Origin: an uncultured Verrucomicrobiae bacterium
GTDB lineage: Bacteria > Verrucomicrobiota > Verrucomicrobiia > Chthoniobacterales > JAATET01
Assembly (NCBI GenBank): GCA_963719495.1
Contig: CAVRCI010000002.1
Span: 1 to 64,000, forward strand
DNA length: 64,000 nt
Direction of reading: 5' to 3'
Position 1 is the first letter of the stretch; every line of letters starts with the position of its first letter. This document shows, in pieces, positions 32,651 through 43,445 of the stretch. Made by a program: the position numbers and the translations under genes. The notes below the pieces were generated by a model that saw only the letters and a list, made by a program, of their open reading frames with translations, had not been told where the DNA came from and searched no databases.

Positions 32651-32673
32651 TAGGGGTTGGCTGCAGCGCCTTG

Positions 32674-33138
32674 TTAGGCCGAATTTTCAGCTTCTTCGTT
32701 TCGGATTGGGTAGTCTCTCAGAATTCGATTTAATTGAAGCAGTGCGTCATTGAGATATGACTGATCAATATCAAAAAAGAATTTGTGACTTTGAATCAAT
32801 GCATCAGGAGTGATTGAGCAAGTCACTTGGATTTGTCCGAGCCGGTTGCAATTGAGTAATACAGTCAAATTTGGTTATATTGTTTGTAAAGCTGCCTTTC
32901 CCTCACACGCGCCATTCATAATCTGAGCCCCATTTCGCAGAATTTCAATTTCGTCGATCCGGATAAACGCTCCTTGAATGGAGACAGCCGCTCCCTGATC
33001 TGAGCAATTCGCGATTATATTCAGCCAGTTGCCGTCCCAAAAGTCTGATGAATCGGAAAATTGCCTTCCCGTAATCCATATTTTCAGACGTCCGATTTGA
33101 AAATCAGGGCTTGAGGCTGGAAGCTGACTCATTTTCAC
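32674..33138 (-). pseudogene. WapI-like immunity protein with premature TAA at 32875-32877
   Basis: Two in-frame ORFs: FWDGNWL..LQTI*PNL..FDIDQSYL..YPIR; family call from recognition only. Confidence 0.55.
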
Positions 33139-33476
33139 TTTTATGGCCTAACGTCAAGCTCAGCCACCCTGAGCGGGCAATCGAGCCAACCCCATGGTGA
33201 GCTGCCGATAGGGGGACCGAACAACCCCAGCCAGCGAAGCGGCTAGGGGTTGGCTGCAGCGCCTTGTTCGGCTCATATCTTAACCTCAATGTATGTTCCT
33301 ATGCCGGAGTTTGCGATGGCTTCGTTGATCTCAGTAATTCGTTTTTGTATTCGTGGCCAGCTTGTAGAGAGAAGGACAATGATGGCAATCCGTCTGCTTT
33401 TCAGATTTTGCTGATACTTTAGATTTTGGTCTGTCGTCATGAGGAGATTGTAACCGTCTCTCTCAGCGGCTGAGAT

Positions 33477-34785
33477 GGCTCTTCTGGGTTTACAGTGGGA
33501 AAGTGAAGAGGGTTTGAACGGAGGTGGTGGATGCGGGTAGGAAGGAGGGCGATGAAGGATACAGAGTTTTACACGCAGATCCTGGGATTGAAGAGTCCAT
33601 GGGCGGTTGAAGAGGTGGACTTGGCCGTGAGCGAGAAGCGGGTGGTGGTCCGGCTCGGATATGAGCCGGGGACGTTGTGGGCCAGTGAGGATGGGGAGCA
33701 TCGACTTCCGTGCCACGACCATGTCGAACGCTTCTGGAAGCACATGGATACGTGCGGGTTCGAGACGTTGCTGGCGGCGCGAGTGCCGCGGCTGCGGCTA
33801 CCGGATGGGCGGGTGGAAAGCGTGCCGGTGCCGTGGGCGGGGAAGGGCAGCCGCTTTACGCTGCTCTACGAGCGTTTTGCCATCGAAGTGATCCGAGCGT
33901 GCTCGACGGTGAGTGCGGCGGCACGACTGCTGGGACTGAGCTGGGATCAAGTTCACGGGATCATGCGACGGGCCGTCGAGCGGGGGCTTGAGCGTCGCGA
34001 TCTGAGTGGATTGCGCTACGCCGGACTCGATGAAAAGAGCTTCGGCGGTGGGCAGAGCTACATTTCGCTCATGACTGATCTGGAAGGCAGCCGGGTGCTG
34101 GAAGTCACTGACGGCAACGACAAGCAGAGCGCGGCAGTCCTTTGGCAATGCCTGCCCGAGGATGTCACCGCGGACTTGAAAGCCGTGGCCGCCGACATGA
34201 GCGGGCATTTTGGTGCCAGCGTCGCAGACTACGCCCCGCAGGCTGATCTGGTCCACGACCGCTACCACATCAGCGCCCATCTCAACAAAGCGGTGAGCCA
34301 GGTCGTGCGCGCCGAAAACAAACGCCTGCAAGCCATGGGAGACGAACGCCTCAAAGGCACCCAGCGCCTCTTCGGCTACAACCCCGATCATCTCAGAGAG
34401 GAGGATGTTGCTCGCTTTTCTCAACTGCGTGACTCCGATCTCAAGAGCGCTCGCGCCTGGGCCATCAAGGAAAACCTCCGCCGCTTCTGGAACTTCCGCT
34501 ACGAGGCCAATGCCCGCAAGTTCTTCGCGGCTTGGTATGGCTGGGCTCGCCGCTCCCAGCTTGAACCCATCAAGAAGGTGGCCAAAACCCTCAAAAACCA
34601 CTTTGAGAACATCATCACCTTCCTGCGCCATCGCATCACCAACGCGGCTACCGAAGCTCTCAATTCACGAATCCAATCCCTCAAGTCCGCCGCCCGTGGG
34701 TTCCGTTCCTTCCTCAACTACCGAACCAGAATCCTCTTCTTCCTCGGTAAGCTCGATCTTTTCCCACTGTAATCCCAAAAGAGCC
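33477..34785 (+). mobile_element. ISL3-family IS (1309 bp), copy 1
   Basis: IR GGCTCTTCTGGGTTTACAGTGGGAAA; TSD GCTGAGAT. Confidence 0.95.
33531..34772 (+). CDS. ISL3 transposase
   Basis: GLDEKSF, ADMS, HDRYHI, TNAATEALNSRIQ. Confidence 0.93.
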   Translation: MRVGRRAMKDTEFYTQILGLKSPWAVEEVDLAVSEKRVVVRLGYEPGTLWASEDGEHRLPCHDHVERFWKHMDTCGFETLLAARVPRLRLPDGRVESVPVPWAGKGSRFTLLYERFAIEVIRACSTVSAAARLLGLSWDQVHGIMRRAVERGLERRDLSGLRYAGLDEKSFGGGQSYISLMTDLEGSRVLEVTDGNDKQSAAVLWQCLPEDVTADLKAVAADMSGHFGASVADYAPQADLVHDRYHISAHLNKAVSQVVRAENKRLQAMGDERLKGTQRLFGYNPDHLREEDVARFSQLRDSDLKSARAWAIKENLRRFWNFRYEANARKFFAAWYGWARRSQLEPIKKVAKTLKNHFENIITFLRHRITNAATEALNSRIQSLKSAARGFRSFLNYRTRILFFLGKLDLFPL

Positions 34786-34911
34786 GCTGAGATCAGGGTG
34801 CCATTCTCAAGCTGATTCCAACTGATCTGATAGACTGTCGTGACAGTGTGTCCGGGAAGATGCTTTCGAAGTGGGACTGGCGCTCCCTGATCGAAAAGAA
34901 TTCGCATTCAA

Positions 34912-35139
34912 TTACGCTGGCTCAGACTCCAATAGGCTGTTCTCTGTAAACTCAAGAACTCCATCTACCTGATGCCGGGACACACCGGGAAACCAATCCA
35001 GAAAATCAGTGATTGTTGCTCCGTCTTCGATGTTCTGAAACAGAGCCACCACCGGAACCCGCGTGTTGGAAAAAACCCAAGTTCCGCTTACTTTCGTGGG
35101 TGAACGCTCTACTACGGGACATGTTGACCAATCGATCAT
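34912..35139 (-). CDS. DUF433 antitoxin
   Basis: SGTWVFSNTRVPV..NIEDG..FLDWFPGV. Confidence 0.88.
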   Translation of the reverse strand: MIDWSTCPVVERSPTKVSGTWVFSNTRVPVVALFQNIEDGATITDFLDWFPGVSRHQVDGVLEFTENSLLESEPA

Positions 35140-35314
35140 GGAAGAAACGGTAGATCAGTAGTTTGACTGGCGCAATTCCGGATTCACAAGCCGAACGTCA
35201 AGCTCAGCCACCCTGAGCGGGAATCAAGCCAACCCTGAGGTGAGCTGCCGATAGCGGGTCCGCGCAACCCCCGCCGCGAAGCGGCTAGGGGTTGGCTGCA
35301 GCGCCTTGTTCGGA

Positions 35315-35583
35315 TCCGCCCGCCCGTGGTCCGGTCAGATGGTCAATCTACAGCCTTGCTCATTGCAATGCCGACTGATGATCAAACCATACCAGCGAGT
35401 CAAGCTAATCCGGTTTGGTTCTGAAATAGGCGCTGAATATGCTGTGCGAAAATAGCTTGGTTTGGGCGTCCAAATACGGAAATCAGCCTCGTTATGGACA
35501 ACTTCCAAATACCCCAATTTTATACAAAGCAAATTACGAACGATGTTATTTGAAATTTGGGCTTCGAGAAAATGGGGCATAGG
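35315..35583 (-). repeat. Gene-less cassette family B (269 bp)
   Basis: Homologous to 39522-39790 and 59601-59869. Confidence 0.85.
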
Positions 35584-35709
35584 TCCGAACGTCAAGCTCA
35601 TCCACCCTGAACGGGTGTCAGAACTGCGCAACGCAGTTGCGCCACGAAGCGGATACAAGTTTGATGTGACAGCAAGAGGTTAGGGGTTGGCTGCAGCGCC
35701 TTGTTCGGA

Positions 35710-35979
35710 TCCGCTCGTTCGTGGTCCCGAAGGTCGTGTCTTCCACTGCCTGACACTTGTTCCGTTGGAACGGAGAAACTCTTGAAATCGCTTGTTGGTG
35801 ATCATGGCTGATTACGAACTACAGAAGTGCTTCCGTGGTCCGGTCCTTTGATGAAGTGAACGTGGCCTTCCGCAAAGTGAATCTTGAGACGAAGGCGAGC
35901 GCATACGCCAAATTCAGATTCAAGCGTAGGAGAGTTAAGTTGTTGGTCCGGTCCGACGTGAAGAAACGCTGAGAATAGG
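35710..35979 (-). repeat. Diverged family-B-like gene-less cassette (270 bp)
   Basis: Shares ends GGATCCGC..CGTGGTCC and ATAGGTCCGAAC and length with family B; interior diverged. Confidence 0.55.
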
Positions 35980-36108
35980 TCCGAACGTCAAGCTCAGCCA
36001 CCCTGAGCGGGGCAACGAACGTCTAGGAAAGGTGTTTGCGGGAAGGGGATCGGTCGGCCAAGGCTTGCCTCAGGCCGGCTAGGGGTTGGCTGCAGCGCCT
36101 TGTTCGTC

Positions 36109-36444
36109 GGAAGAGGTGACTGCACAATGGAGGACCCGATCGTCCGACAGGTCGACGATGGTCAAACCCAGCAAGCGGCTTCGTTAGAGCATTCAGTAGA
36201 AGAAACTTCCGAGGTCCAGATTGACTCCGCATTATTAATATATTGCTCACGACAGGAGCCGGGCGTAACGGATTTTGGATTGATCTACTCTTGCCGCGTG
36301 AGCGCCCCATGAGTACATGGCAGGGGAATAACCGTTGGCGTCGAATCGGGAAAGATCAATGGAAAACCAGAATCGTGCTCAATCGTATGCCGAAGGGAAT
36401 CGAGCAACCCTGAACTTGCCCTTGATCTCAACTTCAATAAATCA
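36109..36444 (-). repeat. Gene-less cassette family A (336 bp)
   Basis: One of 8 homologous copies. Confidence 0.9.
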
Positions 36445-36565
36445 GGCGAACGTCAAGCTCAGCCACCCTGAGCGGGCAATCAAACCAACCCTGAGGTGAG
36501 TTGCCAATAGCGGGACCGAGCAACCCCAGCCAGCGAAGCGGCTAGGGGTTGGCTGCAGCGCCTTG

Positions 36566-36871
36566 TTAGCCCTGTATTCTTCCTGAGCGCTTGATCCAAT
36601 ACTCAGGTTTTCGAGATGCATGAGCGACCGCGAGAATCCAAAGAGTATCCTTTCTGACGATGTATGGGATGTAGTATGGAAATCGTTTAAAGTTTATTCT
36701 TCGATGACCGGACGCTCGAACGCTCAAGAGATCTGGTCGGTCGGATATCCACCTGATGCAGTCATCTGCCTCGTTCCTGAAGCGCCGACCGAGATCAACG
36801 GTGATACCAGAATAGTAGGTGATTGCAGAGAGGAACTCTTTCTCGGCCTCTTCGATGAAGACGACCGTCAC
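36566..36871 (-). CDS. parE: ParE/RelE family toxin
   Basis: EAEKEF..YY..LGRRF..RFPYYIPY..ILAVAHASRKPEYW. Confidence 0.88.
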   Translation of the reverse strand: MTVVFIEEAEKEFLSAITYYSGITVDLGRRFRNEADDCIRWISDRPDLLSVRASGHRRINFKRFPYYIPYIVRKDTLWILAVAHASRKPEYWIKRSGRIQG

Positions 36872-37101
36872 CGTTCTAAGATCGAGTCTGCCTTGGCTAG
36901 CACATGTTCATATGCGACAGGGATGGCTGATCCAGAATCGACGGCCTGTATACGCGCGCTGATCTCGCGATCCCAGGCCGACTCTGCAGAAGGACCGTCA
37001 CATGAATCCTCTAAATCGAGTAAAAACGAGGCGAGTGTCAGCCTCTGACGGTGCGAAAGCTGAAGAGCTTCTTGCGTCAAGTGTTCAAGTGCCATTGCCA
37101 T
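36868..37101 (-). CDS. Addiction-module antitoxin
   Basis: EALQLS..R..LA..AWDREISARI..SG; overlaps ParE. Confidence 0.85.
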   Translation of the reverse strand: MAMALEHLTQEALQLSHRQRLTLASFLLDLEDSCDGPSAESAWDREISARIQAVDSGSAIPVAYEHVLAKADSILER

Positions 37102-37279
37102 ACAGGAGTTTCGACCGGAGCGGGGCTTGTGGTCAACTTGTATTTCATGGGGCTAACGTCAAGCTCAGCCACCCTGAGCGGAGCAACGAACGTCCAGGCA
37201 AGGTGTTTGCTGGAGGGGGATCGGTCGGCCAAGGCTTGCCTCAGGCCGGCTAGGGGTTGGCTGCAGCGCCTTGTTCGTC

Positions 37280-37615
37280 GGAAACGGTGACTGCACAATG
37301 GAGGACCAGAGCGTCCGACAGGCTGAGGATGATCAAATCCAGCAAACGGCTTCGTTAGAGCATTCAGTAGAAGATGCTTCTGAGGTCCAGATTGACTCCG
37401 CATTATAAATATATTGCTCGTGATAGGAGCAGGCCGGAACGGAATTTGGATGGATCTACTCATGCCGCGTGAGCGCCCCAAGCGTGCATGGCAGGCGAAT
37501 AATTCTTTGCGTCGAATCGGGAGTGATCAATGGAAAACCAGAATCGTGCTCAATCGTATGCCGAAGTGAATCGAGCAAATCTGAAATTTTCCTTGATCTA
37601 AACCCCAATATATCA
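37280..37615 (-). repeat. Gene-less cassette family A
   Basis: One of 8 copies. Confidence 0.9.
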
Positions 37616-37745
37616 GGCGAACGTCAAGTTCAGCCACCCTGAGCGGGGCAACGAACGTCTAGGCAAGATGTTTGCTGGAAGGGGGATCGGTCGGCCAAGG
37701 CTTGCCGGTGATCGGCTAGGGGTTGGCTGCAGCGCCCTGGTCGTC

Positions 37746-38013
37746 GTGACGGGTCGCAGCGGAAGTGGCAATCAATAGCGTCCGGCAGGAACACGATACG
37801 GAAGTCGGGAAGAGCGCGATTTGCTGTAGGAGGTCCGAGTCACTGAGGGCATGCACATATCTCCTCGTGATGGCGAAAGCGTGGCCGAAAATGACAGACA
37901 AACGAGATTACCAGGAAAGCAGAGGGATGCGGAACGATTAGGAGATGATGAGAACGATACTCGGACGAATAAAATAGTAAGGTCCTAAACCGGGCGTTCA
38001 AATCAATATATTA
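37746..38013 (-). repeat. Cassette family C (268 bp), GGTCGCC/GACGACC core
   Basis: Homologous to 53064-53331 and split copy 46624-46665 + 55394-55635. Confidence 0.88.
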
Positions 38014-38141
38014 GGCGACCGTCAAGCTCAGCTACCCTGAGCGGACGACCAAGCCAACCCTAAGGTGAGCTGCCGATAGCGGGTTCGAGCAACCCCAGCC
38101 AGCGAAGCGGCTAGGGGTTGGCTGCAGCGCCTTGTTCGGTC

Positions 38142-38438
38142 TCACTTCACCCGCTTTCTCCAGTAACCAGGTTCACGACTGAGGTGCATGACAGCCCAGA
38201 TTACAACTTGAGACGGTTCAACCGTATAGTAGATTCCATAGGGAAATCGGCGTATGAGGTATCGCCTAACATCGTCTTCCGCAATTGGCCAAGTCATCGG
38301 TCGAAGGCGAATGTCAGCAATACCCTTTTCGATCTGCTCGACGAAGGCCAAACCGAGACTGTCGGTGACTCCAGAATAATACCGGATGGCGTTCGTATAC
38401 TCTCGCTTCGCCGCAGGGTGGAAACTGAACCCTGTCAC
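38142..38438 (-). CDS. parE: ParE/RelE family toxin
   Basis: FHPAAKREY..LGLAF..RRFPYGIYY..AVMHLSREPGYW. Confidence 0.9.
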   Translation of the reverse strand: MTGFSFHPAAKREYTNAIRYYSGVTDSLGLAFVEQIEKGIADIRLRPMTWPIAEDDVRRYLIRRFPYGIYYTVEPSQVVIWAVMHLSREPGYWRKRVK

Positions 38439-38671
38439 CGGGCGATGGTCACCTTGCGGGCGTCTTGTAGCACTTCTTCGCCAGGTAGAAGTTGGACGGT
38501 GCCACTGTCGACCTCCGCTCGACGGGACTTGATCTCGTCAAGGTGTCGGCGCTCCAGTGATGGATCAATATCCGTTGCGATGCTCTGAACGATTCTGTCA
38601 ACCAAGTCGGACCTCATCGAAGGAGAAAGCTCAAGCGACTTCGTCAGGATTTCATCAGCGGTGATTGTCAT
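38435..38671 (-). CDS. Addiction-module antitoxin
   Basis: LELSPSMRSDLV..EIKSRRAEVDSG..PGEEV. Confidence 0.85.
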   Translation of the reverse strand: MTITADEILTKSLELSPSMRSDLVDRIVQSIATDIDPSLERRHLDEIKSRRAEVDSGTVQLLPGEEVLQDARKVTIAR

Positions 38672-38839
38672 GCTGCTAGAGTAATTCTTGCGCTTGGTGT
38701 TGGCAATCGAATCATTGGACCGAACGTCAAGCTCAGCCACCCTGAGCGGGCAACCGAGCCAACCCCAAGGTGAGCTGCCAATGGCGGGACCGAGCAACCC
38801 CAGCCAGCGAAGCGGCTAGGGGTTGGCTGCAGCGCCTTG

Positions 38840-39157
38840 TTAGGGCTGTATTTTTATGTAGCCTCCGGGTTCAGAGTCATGAACAGCAGAGACAATCCGA
38901 TCAATATATCTTGGAATGTCCTTTTTCTGAATGAGGGGGATCTCAACAATCGAGATCTTGCGTCCCAATAGGTTCTGCTGATAGCGCAATTTGGAGTCAG
39001 CCGTGACGAAAACGTCATATTGAGAATCGATCAGTTGGATCAATTGCCCATTTTGAACTCCCGCCCAGCCCTTGAAGTAGACGGTGACAACTGTGAACTC
39101 TTTGAGAAAATGGCGAAGAACTACAGGAAGGTTCTCGTCAAGAATTACTGTCTTCAC
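38840..39157 (-). CDS. DUF5615 PIN-like toxin
   Basis: ILDENLP, GWAGVQNG, FVTAD..YQQNL. Confidence 0.85.
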   Translation of the reverse strand: MKTVILDENLPVVLRHFLKEFTVVTVYFKGWAGVQNGQLIQLIDSQYDVFVTADSKLRYQQNLLGRKISIVEIPLIQKKDIPRYIDRIVSAVHDSEPGGYIKIQP

Positions 39158-39350
39158 GAGTCATTTCTAAAAATTGAATAGCTTGCTCCCTTTCCACAGA
39201 TGGGAAGTCTTCTAGAAACTCGTCAATTGAGTTTCCCGAGTTGATATAGTCCAGCAGACTCTGAGCAAACACTCTTGTGTTTCGAAACACTAATGCTCCG
39301 CTTACAATGCGAGGGTCAGAATGAACTGGACTGTGTTCGATTGCTGTCAT
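39138..39350 (-). CDS. DUF433 antitoxin
   Basis: DPRIVSGALVFRNTRV..DEFLEDFPSV. Confidence 0.88.
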   Translation of the reverse strand: MTAIEHSPVHSDPRIVSGALVFRNTRVFAQSLLDYINSGNSIDEFLEDFPSVEREQAIQFLEMTREDSNS

Positions 39351-39521
39351 TCGAGAAGGTTATCGGCGATGCGTTGTTTTGCAACTGTATTGAGCCCTAA
39401 CGTCAAGCTCAGCCACCCTGAGCGGGCAATCAAGCCAACCCTGAGGTGAACTGCCGATAGTGGGTCCGAGCAACCCCAGCCAGCGAAGCGGCTAGGGGTT
39501 GGCTGCAGCGCCTTGTTCGGA

Positions 39522-39790
39522 TCCGCCCGCCCGTGGTCCGGTCCGATGGTCAATCTAAAGCCTTGCTCATTGCCATGCCGACTGATGATCAAACCATATC
39601 AGCAAGTCAAACTGATCCGGTTAGGTTCGAAAATAGGCACTGAATATGCTGTGCGAAAATAGCTTGATTTGGGCTTCCAGATAGGGAAATCAACCTCATT
39701 GTGGACAACATCCAAATACGCCAATTTTATACAAAGCAAATTACGAACGATGTTGTTTGCAATTTGGGCGTTGAGAAACTGGGGCATAGG
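39522..39790 (-). repeat. Gene-less cassette family B
   Basis: 269-bp homologue. Confidence 0.85.
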
Positions 39791-39912
39791 TCCGAACCGT
39801 CAAGCTCAGCCACCCTGAGCGGGCAATCAAGCCAACCCCGAGGTGAGCTGCCGGTAGCGGGTCCGAGCAACCCCAGCCAGCGAAGCGGCTAGGGGTTGGC
39901 TGCAGCGCCTTG

Positions 39913-40101
39913 TTAGGCTTTCACGGATCGATCAACAATGGGATGTCCCAAAAGAGCCTGACGCTGACGAGCATCACGGACCATTGCATCTATGTCGAAT
40001 GAGAACTGTTTCAAGAGCTTGAGTTTTGCCTGGCGGACCTCAGCCATTACGGGATCAAGTGGCTTCTTGTGAATCGTCTTATGCGTCAGTGTCTTCTTCA
40101 T
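39913..40101 (-). CDS. Small protein coupled to PIN gene (putative antitoxin)
   Basis: DPVMAEVRQAK..FSFDIDAMV; overlaps PIN gene end. Confidence 0.65.
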   Translation of the reverse strand: MKKTLTHKTIHKKPLDPVMAEVRQAKLKLLKQFSFDIDAMVRDARQRQALLGHPIVDRSVKA

Positions 40102-40570
40102 CGATGTAGAACTGTTGAGGTGTGCATGTAACTGGAAGATGCACCTGAAAATCAGAAAAGCAACGCTGTAATCTTTCGGATATGAATGGATTCGCAATAT
40201 GCTTGCAGTTCCAAGTCAGCAAGAAATTTATCTGATGGATGCCCGCGACGGCTAAGTGAACCGCGTCTCGCCCCGCAATGTCGGGAAGAATACCTTTCAC
40301 GATCAAAGCTTTCGCTAGCTCTGTTACGTCATCGGTAAGATCGAGAAGAGATATGCCATTAAGCAAATTTATGCGCTCTGCAGCTTTGATGGGATCACCC
40401 TGCGAAGCTTCGGCGATCACCAGCTGAGATGTGTAGAGGTCAAACTGATCTCTCTGATTATCCCACCATTGGCGGGTCAACTCCTGACGTGCAAGTAGAA
40501 GCACATTTTGAGAAGGCTTCGATGTGTAATAGCTTGGAATCGTAGTCTCGATGAAAAGTGTAATGCCCAT
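40079..40570 (-). CDS. PIN-domain (VapC-like) protein
   Basis: FIETTIPSY, TRQWW, DAVHLAVA, LLTWNCKHIAN. Confidence 0.85.
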   Translation of the reverse strand: MGITLFIETTIPSYYTSKPSQNVLLLARQELTRQWWDNQRDQFDLYTSQLVIAEASQGDPIKAAERINLLNGISLLDLTDDVTELAKALIVKGILPDIAGRDAVHLAVAGIHQINFLLTWNCKHIANPFISERLQRCFSDFQVHLPVTCTPQQFYIDEEDTDA

Positions 40571-40743
40571 GTCGACAAACTTGATCCACATGTCGCCCGA
40601 GTTCAAGCTCTCTAGCCGAACGTCAAGCTCAGCCACCCTGAGCGGGGCAACGAACGTCTAGGAAAGGTGTTTGCGGGAAGGGGATCGGTCGGCCAAGGCT
40701 TGCCTCAGGCCGGCTGGGGGTTGGCTGCAGCGCCTTGTTCGTC

Positions 40744-41081
40744 GGAAGAGGTGACTGCACAATGGAGGACCCGATCGTCCGACAGGCCGACGATGGTCAA
40801 ACCCAGCAAGCGGCTTCGTTAGAGCATTCAGTAGAAGAGGCTTCTGTGGTCCAGATTGACTACGCAGTATAAATATATATTGCTCGCGACAAGAGCAGGC
40901 CGGAACGGATTCTGGATGGATCTACTCATGCCGCGTGAGCGCCCCAAGCGTGCATGGCAGGCGAATAATCGTTGGCGTCGAATCGGGAGTGATCAATGGA
41001 AAACCAGAATCGTGCTCAATCGTATGCTGAAGGGAATCGAGCAACTCTGAACTTTCCCTTGATCTCAACTCCAATAGATCA
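40744..41081 (-). repeat. Gene-less cassette family A (338 bp)
   Basis: One of 8 copies; 2-nt insertion in AT tract. Confidence 0.9.
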
Positions 41082-41210
41082 GGCGAACGTCAAGCTCAGC
41101 CACCCTGAGCGGGGCAACGAACGTCTAGGCAAGGTGTTTGCGGGAAGGGGATCGTTCGGCCAAGGCTTGCCGCTGGTCGGCTAGGGGTTGGCTGCAGCGC
41201 CTTGTTCGTC

Positions 41211-41546
41211 GGAAACGGTGACTGCACAATGGAGGAGCCGAGCGTCCGACAGGCTGACGATGGTCAATTCCAGCAAGCGGCTTCGTCAGAGCATTCAGTA
41301 GAAAATGCCTCTGTGGTCCAGATCGACTCCGCATTATAAATATACTGCTCGTGACAAGAGCAGGGCGGAACGGATCGTGGATGGATCTACTCTTGCCGCG
41401 TGAGCGCCCCAAGCGTGCATGGCAGGCGAATAACCGTTGGCGTCGAATCGGGAGTGATCAATGGAAAACCAGAATCGTGCTCAATCGTATGCGGAAGGGA
41501 ATCGAGCAACTCTGAACTTTCCCTTGATCTCAACCCCAATAGATCA
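41211..41546 (-). repeat. Gene-less cassette family A
   Basis: One of 8 copies. Confidence 0.9.
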
Positions 41547-41736
41547 GGCGAACGTCAAGCTCAGCCACCCTGAGCGGGCAACCGAGCCAACCCCCAGGTG
41601 AGCTGCCAATGGCGGGACCGAGCAACCCCAGCCAGCGAAGCGGCTAGGGGTTGGCTGCAGCGCCTTGTTCGGGCCTTCAGTGCACAAGTTTCTGTAGGAG
41701 ATCTTATCATGTTCCCAGCATTGGCTAAGAATGAAT

Positions 41737-42036
41737 CTAAAAAGAAAGAGCTAATAGTATCCGAACACTATAATTTCTGATTGATGGATGTGCCGCACTT
41801 CTTACGGTTTTAATGCGCGGACGAGGAATACGATAAACAGAATCCAGAACGGAAATGACAGCAACAGAAGAAATGGCCAGATGTATGGCCACGACATCGC
41901 AAACAAAGTAGTGGATAGCGCTAGTATTCCGAAAGTGACCGCGCCGATCGATTTCATCGGATACTTCGGCATAGGAACCGATTTGAATTCTTGGTGCCAG
42001 CAGCAAAAGACGGACCACCAAATACGGACTCAACAA
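41737..42036 (-). CDS. Cassette hypothetical protein (boundaries uncertain)
   Basis: Longest cassette-strand ORF in 41674-42112. Confidence 0.3.
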   Translation of the reverse strand: MLSPYLVVRLLLLAPRIQIGSYAEVSDEIDRRGHFRNTSAIHYFVCDVVAIHLAISSVAVISVLDSVYRIPRPRIKTVRSAAHPSIRNYSVRILLALSF

Positions 42037-42241
42037 GTTTCAGCAAGGCAGTAGTCATGGCTTAGAAACTGGCGGGTCACAATGAAAGCGCTCATGAAGT
42101 CAGGATTCAGTGCCCGACCGTCAAGCTCAGCCACCCTGAGCGGGGCAACGAACGTCTAGGAAAGGTGTTTGCGGGAAGGGGATCGGTCGGCCAAGGCTTG
42201 CCTCAGGCCGGCTAGGGGTTGGCTGCAGCGCCTTGTTCGTC

Positions 42242-42577
42242 GGAAGAGGTGACTGCACGATGGAGGACCCGATCGTCCGACAGGCCGACGATGGTCAAAC
42301 CCAGCAAGCGGCTTCGTTAGAGCATTCAGTAGAAGATGCTTCTGTGGTCCAGATTGACTCCGCAGTATAAATATATTGTTCGTGACACGAGAAGTGCGGA
42401 ACGGATTCTAGATGGATCTACTCATGCCGCGTGAGCGCCCCAAGCGTGCATGGCAGGCGAATAATTCTTGGGGTCGAATCGGGAGTGATCAATGGAAAAC
42501 CAGAATCGTGCTCAATCGTATGCCGAAGGGAATCGAGCAAATCTGAACTTTTCCTTGATCTAAACTCCAATAAATCA
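42242..42577 (-). repeat. Gene-less cassette family A
   Basis: One of 8 copies. Confidence 0.9.
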
Positions 42578-43445
42578 GTCTAACGTCAAGCTCAGCCACC
42601 CTGAACGGGAGTTCGGATTTGACTGGTGATCATCTGCCCGTGGCGGGTGGCGCAACCCGGCCGCGAAGCGGCTAAGGGTTGGCTGCAGCGCCTTGTTCGG
42701 CCAGAAACGCCCAAGCAACGAAGGACTCCGCTATCTCGATGCCAACCCGTCTGTATTGATTGCATAGTTTCTCTATATCCAATTGCAATTGACGCGGAAT
42801 GGGGAAGTGGCTGATGGAGGAAAATGGTCTAGGAATGGAATCGACAGTCGGTAGTAGGAGAGGGGAATGCCGGTCTTGAAGAAGCGGCTCACATCAAAAG
42901 TGATTGGCAGTAACATCCATTGTTGGACATTCGATCAGGTCTTTCATCAACGAATCGACTTGCGAGATTTGAAACCGTAATTATGCGGAAGAATGTTCAC
43001 CCCGGGCTGATCGCTCCATGTTGGTATGAAATCACCGTGCTATTGCAATAGTGTTGATCAGGCAAAAATATTTTTTTTCGCTCCGCGAAAAGAGATGAGG
43101 AGAATGCTGGATGCTGGTTGAAAGTAATAACTGAATTCCCGCACGAACTTCCGAATACTCGAACACCCTGATCTACAGCATATTTTTTTAGATCGCCGTG
43201 CCGAGATGGTGTTGAAAGACAAGTGGCTCAGAATAGTTCATCCGCCGGAGGCTGCATGCCGGACGTCAAGCTCAGCCACCCTGAACGGGAGTCCGAATTT
43301 GTCTGGTGATCTTCTGGAAGTTGAGGGTCCGCGCAACCCCAAGAGCGAAGCGGCTAGGGGTTGGCTGCAGCGCTTTGTTAGCCTGTATTTTTACCTTAGA
43401 CAATTTAAGAGATTCTGAAAAAAGCGAGGGAATACTGTGTTGTGA

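Larger units (their letters stand above)
33273..34907 (-). pseudogene. DUF5615 PIN-like toxin interrupted by ISL3
   Basis: MRILFDQG..NGTLISA | AERDGYNLLMTTDQNLKYQQNL rejoin across the 8-bp duplication. Confidence 0.88.

Noticed and set aside
42702..43257. Coding gene in this cassette
   Set aside because: No convincing cassette-strand ORF; probably decayed
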